This document shows positions 49,701-58,058 of a stretch of 64,000 nucleotides of DNA, piece after piece. Every line of letters starts with the position of its first letter. Positions within the stretch are counted from its first letter, which is position 1. The stretch comes from Guillardia theta CCMP2712 (taxonomy: Eukaryota > Protista > Cryptophyta): NCBI RefSeq assembly GCF_000315625.1, contig NW_005434606.1, positions 24,057-88,056 of the forward strand, in the 5' to 3' direction. A program made the position numbers and the translations under genes. The notes beneath the pieces were generated by a model, which was given only the letters and a program-made list of their open reading frames with translations, did no database searches and was not told the origin of the DNA.

Positions 49701-50020
49701 AGGAGGAAGCTCTTGCGGGGGAGTACAGGCACAAGTACGAGGGAGAGGAGCTGAGGGAGGTGGTGAAGGGGCTGGAGGCTGACGTCATCAAGTACGCGTT
49801 CGACAAGTCGGTTGCACTGTGTGAGATGGTGAGCCGGAACCTCTACAGCCACACGGACCCCATCCAACTCTACCTCCCTTACGCCCAGCTGCCCTATGAG
49901 GAGGACGACAGCGTCGAGCTGGAGACAGGTTTCTCCTTCATCTTCTCCCAGCCCGTTCAGCTCAGGCACCTGTACGGCCTCACCTGCGCCCTCCGCGAGG
50001 CTTACAATGAACTTCGTTGA
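37736..50020 (+). CDS. RNF213 (mysterin)-like giant AAA+ ATPase / RZ-finger E3 ligase, 4,094-aa uninterrupted ORF (true start may be in an upstream exon)
   Basis: AAA module: FPVLLSGDTGTGKT, MVILDEV, LLGTCNP, CVSLRDAVRC. Then ALKENL and a second module: PLLLLGCDGTSKTL..MQG, IFMEELSMAK..GPLRALHDVLD, FVATSN..ANRMIVL, all paralleling RNF213 motifs. RZ finger CPCGYVYGIGNCGRP....RCPECGQALGGNNH at 47942-48040, followed by RNF213-like E3-core helices (LHPMEYRLL, RQAHEKAF, LTDAHNQQV). Confidence 0.88.
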   Translation: MPSILFLFSQVNSSDDAKITVEGDTIDVKNKSFVLYRLKGKGLLQSLAEVLMKYYNCSVSFHDGTQSREFQLSLPKKVDLNICIVRGASEFASSNGLSHAFCSWCSQNLMSNDIKLVRQKLELVFDTDRNCSVVVLEGSKGNVTGPIRFCDVLTSDEFSSQVICDIFNRPEMSLSRSIALFSAKLRSLIAWTPLHAVFHQHIVHDFSSCMSKAERKSIIDSISPTQLDTVFDTLRLPQYVRIFLAFTSSYFSSAFDSELEKLVLTDCPDSFNGDQDFALLAVMIDSYMLLAQKRTFRETIRHVKVAGSFSVAALATVLNVRDQPTGRLEVMLTPRVDFNSVQLQSVNSFLTSFSGTRSHSRILSTFVSILNRCCAQMILTTGPSDAWSIFNPILSVNQIIENTIKARNKTRLIDVIGELQTLSTKDKNFLNNNINGVSNAMVRMSKCEIERRYLRSFLRNMQVAKLERNFEEFNFVHFCDQEHFCQLIKQNDWLLNADEAFIDWPLLLSQQSENQKLFALHYIENWLANKLPEVTRFLQSLSNLRYSPWTKTETKIDQFAISPELYLTFQELYDYCVCNVKLSDARGALGDLNVIFLLRNHQLWSSKLVSAILKSRPLEHLSTDLRNERISIPITFIRFLTTETEADAKSNNTNFGAWYGEKLRMKQTAKSFEIFLPPKDVAEQTKASTAFRDWLKRTVSHVETEATKNHFKLLQDRLRSAQLMTFPECYISADNNAIEAIDFQKAVNIFRDKVSDSELFNSCARKLLSTCEANGTFQAIYKARELAVQMLLETIRGEKHHKDVKSRTSSQVNKSKEIEALECLLPQNACRESDRKELLSVYYEFVHSDPAVIFNYSKNMIFFFKDVLKSNIPPRLQSFVTQYEGIDLKKLTMLGEKLKWDDHDLICNAILHPQVGTFRHMLVQFRDDILDKTAEHCWPQIDSLSQLAPILSFLGEVCPTRDSLERKLKNLRVMIIANRNLARPVALLDSLSHTVYEMCNASQPDAALAAVCKILKSQILINVAEANLSMNQLVQLFQLVDSPDLIARKNFRILRQSKFVIDMERLASFASEPFDEGQAGLVVSLETGDSDSKFRLLGGRVWTRIVGQDMFALFTEVIVQINSEKELNPSVEDPELDKMIVSIEEMQARAHEVLKLANVFLEYFKLGWSYKSSGKIDFNCVQPEQYRLGALKIMREKRPEDEISSKNFISSESRNLRDIYLRARDRFPWTSFCFRRDVMTMKDTPWVKLVNGIASTYPDESCDAPPAPTQLEGELFHWLTSKSKASLGSVESKAKFEGFPLDAIRSGSRIWLATSVNDDMMTVTLSMLQLLAVNYPLETSLLPCDCSVTHESFQGLIWRIEAASELVDRDAEYFEVARVLLCQGGVVIHRPETLKHTIQDLLVSALLRYMTCCSRSSRVYPVIALILPEGSSRFQTILRSMVEVRMVNTSELIAMQEESMVTCTNVKSVVVMPTVNSALGRRPDDHLVPSDTFRVQLSHEMTIQDLVRVIKQRSDDDKPISLDFGSSFASFANGSLSGVIISYFLWGVVGQLHLQPIVLRHATSLYAEIVCDDSSSLKRRFPILKLVPPQRISVISPFVINLDDSVSNLSPSFHQLVQSCTHRPVYDRDVMRAMQALFEVNSDAGSPNKQPLPFVYTPLALTIISKIALQVKQAFQAEATGTFPVLLSGDTGTGKTYLLYKFLELLMGSGVLENLSDTVSIYTLSARFKTREIEELGLEIKKEAFNKSAGKSKRREVPMVILDEVTSSPAQEAIKRLMANREIKNGVSNLTRIKHNDLILLGTCNPDPVRDDVFSLSQEMETVKIDVQNLDAGVRRKFIEERLQDREYGLKLPNAETFRKAVVLIETSFMADEQNASFIGCVSLRDAVRCISLAKKALYHWPDSCGKSIFEMLSLSDLTVDDELRALGLSCYICFGIRTIPRAAFFERVEAKTGIELEHIICTFQDSILNELAIPSNVVKTQALKENLTVSVICLALRHPLLLLGCDGTSKTLSLNMAISQMQGKFSKSTFLQGISRMQSFNIQLSEATSASHIAKIKSTVLDWEKKSKLSVPCIFMEELSMAKMGSSGPLRALHDVLDAHQDTAGAQARHEIGSGSNPFAFVATSNYKPGTNQIPIGRALANRMIVLAHPDPSLEDLKSLAVRVGMNESSSSSSSSSSSGDLNSNDDERVKEIIENAIDRLSVLVPHSVSVRSLLSFARCLGMQLSRGNDELESCLLAATCHLQKINPEETSKVLRAVMGNERYELPSLASVLESLAGLNGTKRPIMFLYQSVGDIYTIIRHVRQAIQKQMKRSQEDRTQKVVGICPCSSNKSTEGMPSSEKDSLLPERLYALLNLKSSVEAGGTTFLLNPEPMLQGMHALLNDFEQSHSTLQINECNENVSINPTSHIILLVHWESSLSFHSALLSRTAIVNLEMFGRSGRRVWDSPYSRILDLYAKQRGLMDAGQMDKEIELLEELETPLDSFIRSIVTGEGQYYQQTRAKLTFIFVDNILPCFVCRNSNILAVDGARHDTQSSLLEAIQNGVKSLANDLTEHVCLMIDLSSSDSKNAIEVLALLGFSGFTFRVSAKPSLSQQFMKLSAKESKRVVVILNSCLARSFSCGRCSAWKEPNAPMLEHIMKHYFIRNISIPYPDWPSISDIAKDPSTLFLKFVATVHDRITETHAMPKTPNKAELLLELCKTLATSLVGEDDLKNLLFCPYQDLVNLTELRPLQEIQESRLQTFSKVVQEVRRTRSALSLRSSLVERCLQLSEVVAAKIVSKVSKACLFPDKQRLSYIRAVLSSQVFPWQRDLIRASMGGRAMLSVASPFLVPTSPSVQFLPFVADMLEVVLRGEVGYMEGHLDVETIRGRIQLSFPSLLGLELGEIFPDFIREVILYVARKHNLGSKGWRDSLSCQWLEAASQGDLARAMWVLINFESWIAAGTLFCCPPDPHSNSGRRQEDGKEDRYLLVESLVRKIVEMMRQSNQQRDGNMIRFHAILPRLIKFAIENLLSSSRKCHSDANLSSLYQVTLLWQLKQMSDGSTVKAAFHQSCEVIFDKKLDNYLNGFETNTLQLLSSVFLRCHEIKDLPDKSIARVVNKLGVEHGGPSFLASCARIKNSDIQVFLSYLDLSFQRSKVHQVHEVARREETRVVARGLRYFFQATGWSVDALVYFIIENRHAAASPWAAMYLALSSILIPSLVQDESFLSQIKGEQATAAVQWKQLFAPSYSLPVKNFLIRCLVSRFDERGMYRLKDLPSAVGEWARPYVKKFLSESFQELSVLPDFMEHLEHAETDSPWLYALTRSCCSLRRTPAESLTGEQTSMLDAMRSSLEADMDFCSAAAALWCAILVIVHDGTVLTSASFTQEQNLSSLCLPAAPDGNLETIQKYKEMIGVTSINRCPCGYVYGIGNCGRPDHQGRCPECGQALGGNNHQWANNVSHTLTGIADDTVRGVETSWCFAGPSYTERGLHPMEYRLLSVLLLIPLAVWSPRRGERREQLAKHWAELRAACGLSSDTETQLFVIGVMKRATMMNRSDFAFTGRSFHDKNDRQAHEKAFSETFQRVMGGETCQVVIAEASRLIQSKVEEQSPFIELRDSRILAMDQEQASRCFAPQVLQVVTTRWEEEGDERLMSIRLAVTREPDSFPVLARCLFDRNSSDVSEEHAQRLDLDLNRKLSCFPSLAKGLWRVGAAAAGMQDPPLAKNALEFIESWIGDADELQQFKLSWEVCRFGHRIGCQIVSDVGDLSALQVRDLLWVADSPAEVGLSRTELLLQTLTDAHNQQVELLSRGDSSEPGEGRGFDVSLSTWETVERLPTFLIPWDEARSVIEKFCRECPNAHVDASSLESIAHQWISQRVSFLRLLLNGWPRLQVLDESSGQVAVSSQVRFLPGEVHRHIQGWMKEYGLRRDVVVASVRLLDRMAQLFGSSSVSGEAPLVRDSLKSMKLESDVPALLGSILEAGAGLKLKFKHLKALQECLLDQLDYRQEEALAGEYRHKYEGEELREVVKGLEADVIKYAFDKSVALCEMVSRNLYSHTDPIQLYLPYAQLPYEEDDSVELETGFSFIFSQPVQLRHLYGLTCALREAYNELR

Positions 50021-50501
50021 AGGGGGGAGAGAGGAAGAGGTTGGAGGAAGGAGTGAGGAGAAAGGAGGAGGCCGGCTAGAAAGTATGTTAGTTCAGTATC
50101 ATCCTTTCACTCCTGCCTTCAACGTTTGCCGAGAAGTAAACATGGTCGTTGGGCCCCACTCCCTGCTCTATCTTCCTTCAACCCGTTCCATCCACCTCCC
50201 CCCCCCCCCCCCCCTGTGCTCCCTTCCTGCCGACCTACAAGTCCCAGTCTCACTCTTCCCACCATGCAGCAGGTCCGCTCGGCTGGTTGGACGTGCAGGT
50301 TGTGTCTTTACTCGCGACATCTCATACATGGGGAAGAGCAACTTAAATTAACATTGAAAACTTCCAGGAGGCAGAAGATCTCAGGAGAGCAGAGGGGAAG
50401 AAAAAATATCAAACTCAACAACTAGACAACAACGAGGATGTCTTGACAGGCCATCTGACGTGCAACCGTCAAGAACCGCAAGCAAGCAACTTATCTCACC
50501 T

Positions 50502-52223
50502 TCACTTCTTGTTCTTGAGCAGCACCGAGTCCGAGTTGTTCTTGAGCAGCATCGAGTCCTGCTTCACCTCTCGGAACCTTAGCTTCGCCTCTGTGGCCTG
50601 ATCCACTGAGATCAGCGCCGTCATGCTCCCCTTGCTTCTGTCGCGCTTCAGCACAGCCTTGACGACATGCATCTTCCTCTTTTCCCTGAACTTGTTGAAC
50701 TGCTCGTCTGCATCGTCTTGATCCACAGGGCTCGGCTCGCTCGTTGGCTGCGTCGACGGCGTTGAAGGGTTGGAAGCCGTCGAGGCCTTGGTACTTGCCG
50801 GCTCGACGGCAGGTGAGGGAGGGACATTGTTGTTCACTCCTCTCCTGTTGATGAAAGGATGGCGGCGGAGAGTCCGCGCATACGGACGCTCCTTGGGATC
50901 CCTGATGAAGCACCTGGACACGAAGTCCCTGGCAGATTCTGAGAGCTCAGCGGGGATCGGAGGAGGCTCGCTAGATGCTGTGATGTGGAACAGAGCTGCG
51001 ATGTGGTTGCTGAACTCGCTGAACGGAGGGTTCCCCGTCGCCATCTGCAGGACGGTACAGCCAACGCTCCATATGTCTGACTTTTTGGAGTATCTCTGCT
51101 CCATGATCACCTCAGGGGACATGAAGACAGGAGTTCCCTTGAAGGAGAGGTTGGCGGCGGAGTCAGCGCTCTGCAGATACCTTGAGGCACCGAAGTCCGC
51201 TAGCTTGCAAACCCCGCGGTTGTCCACAAGGATGTTCTGCCCCTTGATGTCTCTATGGATGATCCCTTTGTCATGGAGGTACGTCAGCCCCTCCAGCACC
51301 TCTCTGGTGTACTTGCGGATGACTGATTCATCCAGCTTTCCGAAACGGCTGACAAGCTCGGCAACCGAGCCTCCTGGCATGTGCTCGAGGAAGATGGAGA
51401 GCTCGTTGGTGATGTTGTTTCTCTCAGTCCCCAGGTATTTCACAATGTTAGGGTGGTTGAGGGTACCCAGCAGGGCGATCTCAGCTTCTAGCTGGAGAAC
51501 GTCCTCGGCATCCTGCTTGTCTTTCTGCAGAAACATAACCTGCTTGACCACAAAGATTTCTCCCGAGTCCAGGTTCATCCCCAGGTACACCTTCCCGAAG
51601 GATCCGGATCCTATCAGGTTTCCTCTCTGCCATCTCTTGATGTCACCAAGAATACGGATGTCACTGTCGGTATTGTCCATCTTCATGATGTCCGCCAACG
51701 ACATCTCGTTCTCCTCCTGCTCAACATCTGGGTTCTCTTCCAGCACATCCGGCGCTTCGCTGGTCTCGAACACGATCTCATGAGATGCAGCTGATGCAAG
51801 GATGTTGGAAGTGAAGGCGGCAACTCCAGGCGACTCCGGAGTCTTTGGGGCAGGAGTAGCCGCGATGGGAGACGTCAAGTTCAAGCCCGACAGACTGACT
51901 TCGGGCTGAAGAGCCGGAGGTTTCGACTTCCTCGCCTTGTCTGTGGATCCACCATGATTGGATTCTGTGGATGGAACCCTCGAGACCTGTGGCGATCCAT
52001 CCTTGCGGTTAGGAGAGCTCGCATGGTTTGCACCTTGATGATTGTGATGGTGATGGTGGTTGCTGTGGGTCTGAGGGTTGTGACTTGTCCCTTGCTGCCG
52101 CTTGACCTGCTGCTGTGCCACGTCATGATGGCGGGAGTGGTTTTGACCTGCTCTCCCAGGCGCATCATAATGGCTGCCATCAACTGAGGTCTTGCGACCA
52201 CTGCGGCTAAGAATTCCTCCCAT
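50502..52223 (-). CDS. MAP kinase kinase kinase (STE11/NPK1/ANP-like), intronless, with N-myristoylation-type start
   Basis: WQRGNLIGSGSFGKVYLGMN, VKQV, HRDIKGQNIL, LADFGAS, KGTPVFMSPEV, DIWSVGCTVLQMATG, AALFHI; starts MGGILS. Confidence 0.93.
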   Translation of the reverse strand: MGGILSRSGRKTSVDGSHYDAPGRAGQNHSRHHDVAQQQVKRQQGTSHNPQTHSNHHHHHNHQGANHASSPNRKDGSPQVSRVPSTESNHGGSTDKARKSKPPALQPEVSLSGLNLTSPIAATPAPKTPESPGVAAFTSNILASAASHEIVFETSEAPDVLEENPDVEQEENEMSLADIMKMDNTDSDIRILGDIKRWQRGNLIGSGSFGKVYLGMNLDSGEIFVVKQVMFLQKDKQDAEDVLQLEAEIALLGTLNHPNIVKYLGTERNNITNELSIFLEHMPGGSVAELVSRFGKLDESVIRKYTREVLEGLTYLHDKGIIHRDIKGQNILVDNRGVCKLADFGASRYLQSADSAANLSFKGTPVFMSPEVIMEQRYSKKSDIWSVGCTVLQMATGNPPFSEFSNHIAALFHITASSEPPPIPAELSESARDFVSRCFIRDPKERPYARTLRRHPFINRRGVNNNVPPSPAVEPASTKASTASNPSTPSTQPTSEPSPVDQDDADEQFNKFREKRKMHVVKAVLKRDRSKGSMTALISVDQATEAKLRFREVKQDSMLLKNNSDSVLLKNKK

Positions 52224-53398
52224 GGTAGGGGATAAACGAGGCTACAGAGGGGGGGGAGAGTTTTCACTTGTGGCAGACGAGGAGGGTTCACAAGAGTTCC
52301 CCTCCATGAGGTCCGGCACGTGCGAGCATACTCTCATACCATCAGAGAAGTCTCGGGGTCTTCTCTCATCTCAAGCCCTCCCGCACTCCCACCAACACCC
52401 GTGGCAACATCCACCAGGCCTTCGCTAGAAATCCCACTAGTCTGCGATGCCACCTTCGCCTCGGGAACAATTCTGGTCGTGTTCTGCCGTACGAAATGTC
52501 ATGCTGTTTGAAAAATGCCTACCAAACTCTATATACAAGAACGGTGCTTGCCGCCTACCGTTCGGACCTCTCACCCTCTGAATAATGCAGTAGTCGCTCG
52601 CTCTTGCTGCCTCCACCTTGCCTCGTTCTGATCCTCGTGACTGGTATATTATTCTCACATTATCTCACACCACTTCCTCTTCCATCTTGAAGAAGGTTTG
52701 TTCAGCCTTCTAAAATCCACTACCCAGCTCTGTTCTACGCCGTGTTAAAATGAAAAACATCTTCAACTATTTTACTAGCTTAGCAGGTCCTTTGCTAATC
52801 TTCTCTCAGGCACATTCTGTTTCCTGACTCCAATCTTCATGCATCATCCTTCCCCTTCCTCTGCTACCTCTCGTTCTCTTCGCTTACTCCCTCCTTCCTC
52901 TCCTCTCTCCCATTCGATGCTTCTGACATCCCAGCATACCTTTCCAGCCCCCCCCACCCCCCGTTTCCAGTTATTAGAGACCTATATCCAACCCTACATT
53001 TCAAAGACTACCCCTTGTTAGTCGATTCTGTGCACACCCTACCCCCTACCTAATTTCGACATCCTGCTATCAAGCTCTCACGATCTTTCTATTCATGTAT
53101 TAGTCCTAAAGACTATACCTATTACCATGACTGTCTGGAGCCCAACATACCAACACCAGTTGTGCACCCACCCCTGGTCGAAAGACATGGGCCCTAGTTA
53201 AAGGAAGGTCCCCTCCCTAAAAGATAAACCGGAGGGCTCTCACCCCCACCCCCCCCCCCCCTCCCAGCCATGCAGACATCTGGGTGCCCCGTCGTGTACC
53301 CAGGAACAATAAGGGAAAACCACCCCTAATTTGTGCTCTGTTAGAGCAAAACTACCACCCCCTCCCACCTCTCAGCTCCGTGCGCAAAAAGTAAGGAA

Positions 53399-53433
53399 CC
53401 CTACCCCTACCCCTACCCCTACCCCTACCCCTA
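53399..53433. repeat. (CCCCTA)n hexamer repeat, telomere-like and G4-capable on the - strand
   Basis: About six tandem copies seen directly. Confidence 0.9.
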
Positions 53434-55067
53434 CACATACTTTCATGGTGGAATGAGAGTACGGGGGTGGGTCGAGTGGTTATCTCACAGTTAAGGGGGT
53501 TGTAGAGTCATCAAAAATCTTCGAAAAGTACTGGGAAAGTCACCGGTAGGGTCCTCTCTTTACCACCCCTACCTTACTCACGTCCCCGCCTTTCAAAAAA
53601 TCGTTTTACACACCCCACCTAAGATCACCACCCCAGATACCTCTGAATGACATAGGGGCCTAGCCAAGCGAGGGGGGTAGTCCCTTCCGTTGTCGGTTGA
53701 GGAATATCGATAACGGTCATAGTAACGTTCGCAACTCTCACTGCAATTGTGAAAGCCTCTTTACCCGTACTTTATACCTTGCAAATCACCGGTGCCAAGA
53801 AAAAAAAATCAGTACCCTAGATTTAAGGGCTTAAGACCCCCCCCTTTTCCATCGATCTTGGGGTCGCCCACACAGTCCAGTACCCCACCCTGTCCCGAGG
53901 TCAAATCCTACCAAAGTTTCTCCGGACCACCCCCTGGGTTGCAGACTATCATCACCCCCTCGAGAGCATAACGAACGAAGGGTACATTGCTTTTCATCCC
54001 TGAAGGGGCAGTCAGCCCCTTATCTTTCACATATTGTTTGAAATATTACTCTAATTTTTGAAGTTTGAGGAGTAATTTCTTCAAATAACATGTTGTAGTT
54101 GAGTAAAATGTTGTTGCGCAAATACCTCCAAATTGCAGCAACAAGTCGGAGGGTGGAGAAGGTGTCAAGGAGACACTCCAATAAAGGGTGGGTTATACCA
54201 AAATAATGATTTAGTTTCAATATTTGTGAGAAATAAAGGCACTCAAAGAACAAATTTTCAAATAATTTCATGAAATAGAGGATTCTCTCTTTTAGCAGAA
54301 AACCTCTGGGGGTAGGTAGTGATGGTTTGAGGTCTGGGGAGGGTACAGGCGGGGGAGAGGAGAGGCTTGCACAAAGTATGGCAAGGCTGAAGGCGGGAAG
54401 TAGGCTGAGAGGAGAGTTCCAGAATTCAAGTATGAAGATTAGTATGAAAATCCAAGGGAAATGGCCGATGCTTCATCCAGTAGGGTGGTTGCGTAGATCG
54501 AGGTTGAAGGAAACAGAGCTTTTTGACATTGCTCGGCTTGCTAGTTGGAGCTTGAGTGTGATTTTTGGACTACTGTGTCCAGAGCAAACAGGCATAAGAT
54601 GTCAGGATCAAATAACACATAATGGCAAAGGAAATTTGTTTATGGAGAACACTCCGCAAGAAATAGAAATAAGAATCGATGAAATGTCGGCGATGGATGA
54701 TCTGTTGTTATCGCTTCAGTCATTTGCGTTGCATAGTTCTAGAGCGCAGACTAGCCCCCCGTCCTCCCCCACTGGAGGGGGCACAATTCCCTCAGCAATA
54801 TACAGCGTGCAACTATCGCTTGTTCTGATGTCAGCAAAGTTGGTGAGGAGCAGTCCATGCAGTTCAGATCGTAGTGGAAGGAAGGACCAAGCATTTGAAT
54901 CATTGCGATAGTTCCTGTAGGGTCTGAATACGGATCTTTCAAGTAACATGTTTACCATCACTGTTTTTGATAGAGATGATGTTGAGAGAAGCAGATATCA
55001 TTTCATTTGAGCTTGAAAATCGAATATGCCGTGCTCTAGACGTCGTTTTGACGCTGTTTGATTGTAG

Positions 55068-55537
<470 letters not shown>

Positions 55538-55689
55538 GCAGGTCTTTCAAAACTGTCCACTCGAAGCAAACAAGCTTGAAATTGTAGTATGCATGGATTG
55601 TACCAATCAAAATTAAGAAAAGATAGGAAAAAACAGAGATATTAGGCAGAGGGAGATCTCTTCGAAGCAATGAATAAACGAGATAAGAC

Positions 55690-56689
55690 GTGATAGGACA
55701 TGGCGGTCTGCAAGGATTGCTGAAAACTTCAGACAGAACTGCTTCTGTCCGATTGAAGCTCTTCTTGAAAATGAGGCTTGAGAAGCTCCCAACGAGGCCT
55801 GCATGGTGGTAGTCAGCGTCAAAACTTCCAACAACCTGTCATACCCTGGTAACTTTGTCATGCCGAGGAAGTATGTTCCCTCTGGAATGCCCTTGAGTGG
55901 ATTGTGGTCTAGATCCAACACCTGCATGCTGCTCCGTTAGGGAAGCGCCTCTTGATAGAAGATTCCTCACGATGAGGTTGTCAAGTTTGCTGATCTCAGG
56001 TGGCACATAAGTTATCTTGTTGTGGTTCAGGTACCTGCTGCAGGGGTTAGCAAAGACGCTCGATCGCATAGCTCAAGGACAGTCTCTGGAGTGTTGGCAT
56101 TTTGGTGACGTCCTCCGGGAACTTGGTGATGTCATTGTCTCCCAGCCACAGGATCTGTAGCTGTTTGCAAAGCCCTTCCGACAAGTTCCTGGACGAGTTT
56201 TGATCCAGCAAACCATTCTCAATGTGAGTAGCTTACCTGCACAACAACGAGCATCCAGGATCTCCGATGCGATTTCGAAAAAGATTCAATTCCCTCATCT
56301 TCGGGAGGTTGGAGAGGGCCTTGGAGATGTGCTTTATCCCCTGATACCCGATCCCATTCTTCCAAAGGTACAGCTCTCGTAGTGTGTCTCTGCATTTACC
56401 CTTGGCCAAACCTTCGTTGAGCACGAGACATCCAGAATCTTGCAAGTTGAGCTGTATCATCCGTCATGACGCAATCATATATAGGAGCGTAATGAACAGA
56501 GACAGTGTAAGTAATACTCAGGCAGGTTCAACTGAAACTACTAAAATGTAGTGACAGCGACAGCAGCAGTGACATTTAGAGTGACAGAATGGGACACACA
56601 CATACATAGGAAGCATCGAAGACGGACAGACGGAGGTTCTGCAGTCCGTGTATGGCCTCCTCCAGCGTCTTTGGCCGTCTTTCCGCCAT
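55690..56689 (-). CDS. Small leucine-rich-repeat protein (RI-like repeats followed by typical LRRs); multi-exon, 3' end approximate
   Basis: ATG 56689 (MAERRPKTLEEA). LRELYLWKNGIGYQG, MRELNLFRNRIGDPG, LQILWLGDNDITKFP, YLNHNKITYVPPEISKL and VLDLDHNPL, separated by short introns. Confidence 0.75.
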
Positions 56690-58058
56690 GTTCTCGCGTC
56701 AACGGAACGGAAGCAAGGCACCCTTCAGCTGCCCTGGAAGTCTAGAAATCAAAGGGTAATTAGCTTTGTATAGGACCACCTAACTTACTAACTTCGGCTG
56801 AGGCTGACCCGGTAAGTTACGGAACAGTTCGGAACCGATCGGACCGACACTGCCGCGACCGTTCAACAGTGAACCGGGGCCAGCCTGGCACTGAGGGCCG
56901 GCGCCGGGCGCGGCCCGCCGGGCCCAGGACGCCCCGGGCCCGCGGCCGGCCAGTGGCAACTTGGCAAGCGAGTCACCGACTGACTCGGCCGGCATGTGCG
57001 CGCGGCGGCGCAGGCGCTGCTGGACTCCCATCAAGCCTTGAAGTTCGGTGGCGCCCCCGTGCCCGGGCCGCCGAACTTGCCATGATGGGAGTCCCGGAGT
57101 CCATGCTGGCCCGGCCCGGCGGGCCGGGGCGCCACCGTGACGGTGCCCGGGCCGCCAGACTCTGGCAAGTTAACTCAGTTAGCTGACAGTGCCAGTTTGT
57201 TGGACTCGTACTGAGTACTATGATAAGGCGGGCTGGACGGGAGTCCTGAGGCTCCGGGTGAGTGACTCGTGATGGATCGCCGCGGGCCACTTGAAACGGA
57301 CTCCCGAAGTTTGGCCGTAACTGGTGTCAGTTGCCGTTTACGGGCTGAAGACCGGCGAGTTTAATGCACAAACGGCCAACTTTCTGGATGCCGCAAGTTG
57401 GGTTTCACCTCCTAGCATACAGTCTATCTCTCATGTGCTCCTCAATTCTGGTTTCATGTGCCGCTGACTCAAAGGCTCGGTCGGTCTTGCGCCTTGAGCA
57501 AAACTTGACTGTCTTGTCACGTCACGTGCCGCTGTGCAATCAAGCGGTGGCATGCTCGATATGACGGTGATGTCTGCCATTACTTTGGCATGATCCAGCG
57601 CTGCCGTTTCCTTATTCGCCCGGTACTGCGGCCTGCTGCCCCGCCGCTCAGTGGCGCACACGGTGACGGCGGCGCCGGGCGGCGGCCCGGGGCCGGCTGA
57701 ACCCGGACGGTCGGCCCGGCCCGCGGCCCCGGTTTCCCGGGCCCGGCCCGCCGAAGGATGTCGAGGTGAAGATGCCGCAATGGGCGGAAAGAGGCATAGG
57801 GACGTCGCTTGCCGCGTAGCATGCTCTGATCTCTTCCTCCCCTCCCCTCCTCACTGTGCGTCTCCTCGGCATCTCTGAGCTCTTCCTCATTGCTTCTGCT
57901 CACATAGGGAGTCGAGGCGTCAAGCTTGACTGGACACCCATCATAACTTTTCTTCTCCTGCGCCGCCCCGCCCTCCAAACCCTTCTTCTCCCCCGATGTG
58001 AACTGTGAGCGAGTGATACAGATTAAGGATTCCAAGTCACTCACTGCTCCCTAACACG

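Noticed and set aside
37736-50020. Dynein heavy chain or midasin identity for the 4,094-aa ORF
   Set aside because: No dynein stalk/MTBD or midasin acidic tail and MIDAS; RNF213-type motifs and the RZ finger fit better. Gene symbol withheld because orthology is untested.
53399-53433. Telomere or chromosome end
   Set aside because: Only about six internal copies, flanked by ordinary genes; CCCCTA is not established as this organism's telomere unit.
54327-54911. 194-aa plus-strand ORF upstream of ATG8
   Set aside because: Non-ATG start and no recognisable motif; may be UTR or an unrelated small exon, but cannot be supported.
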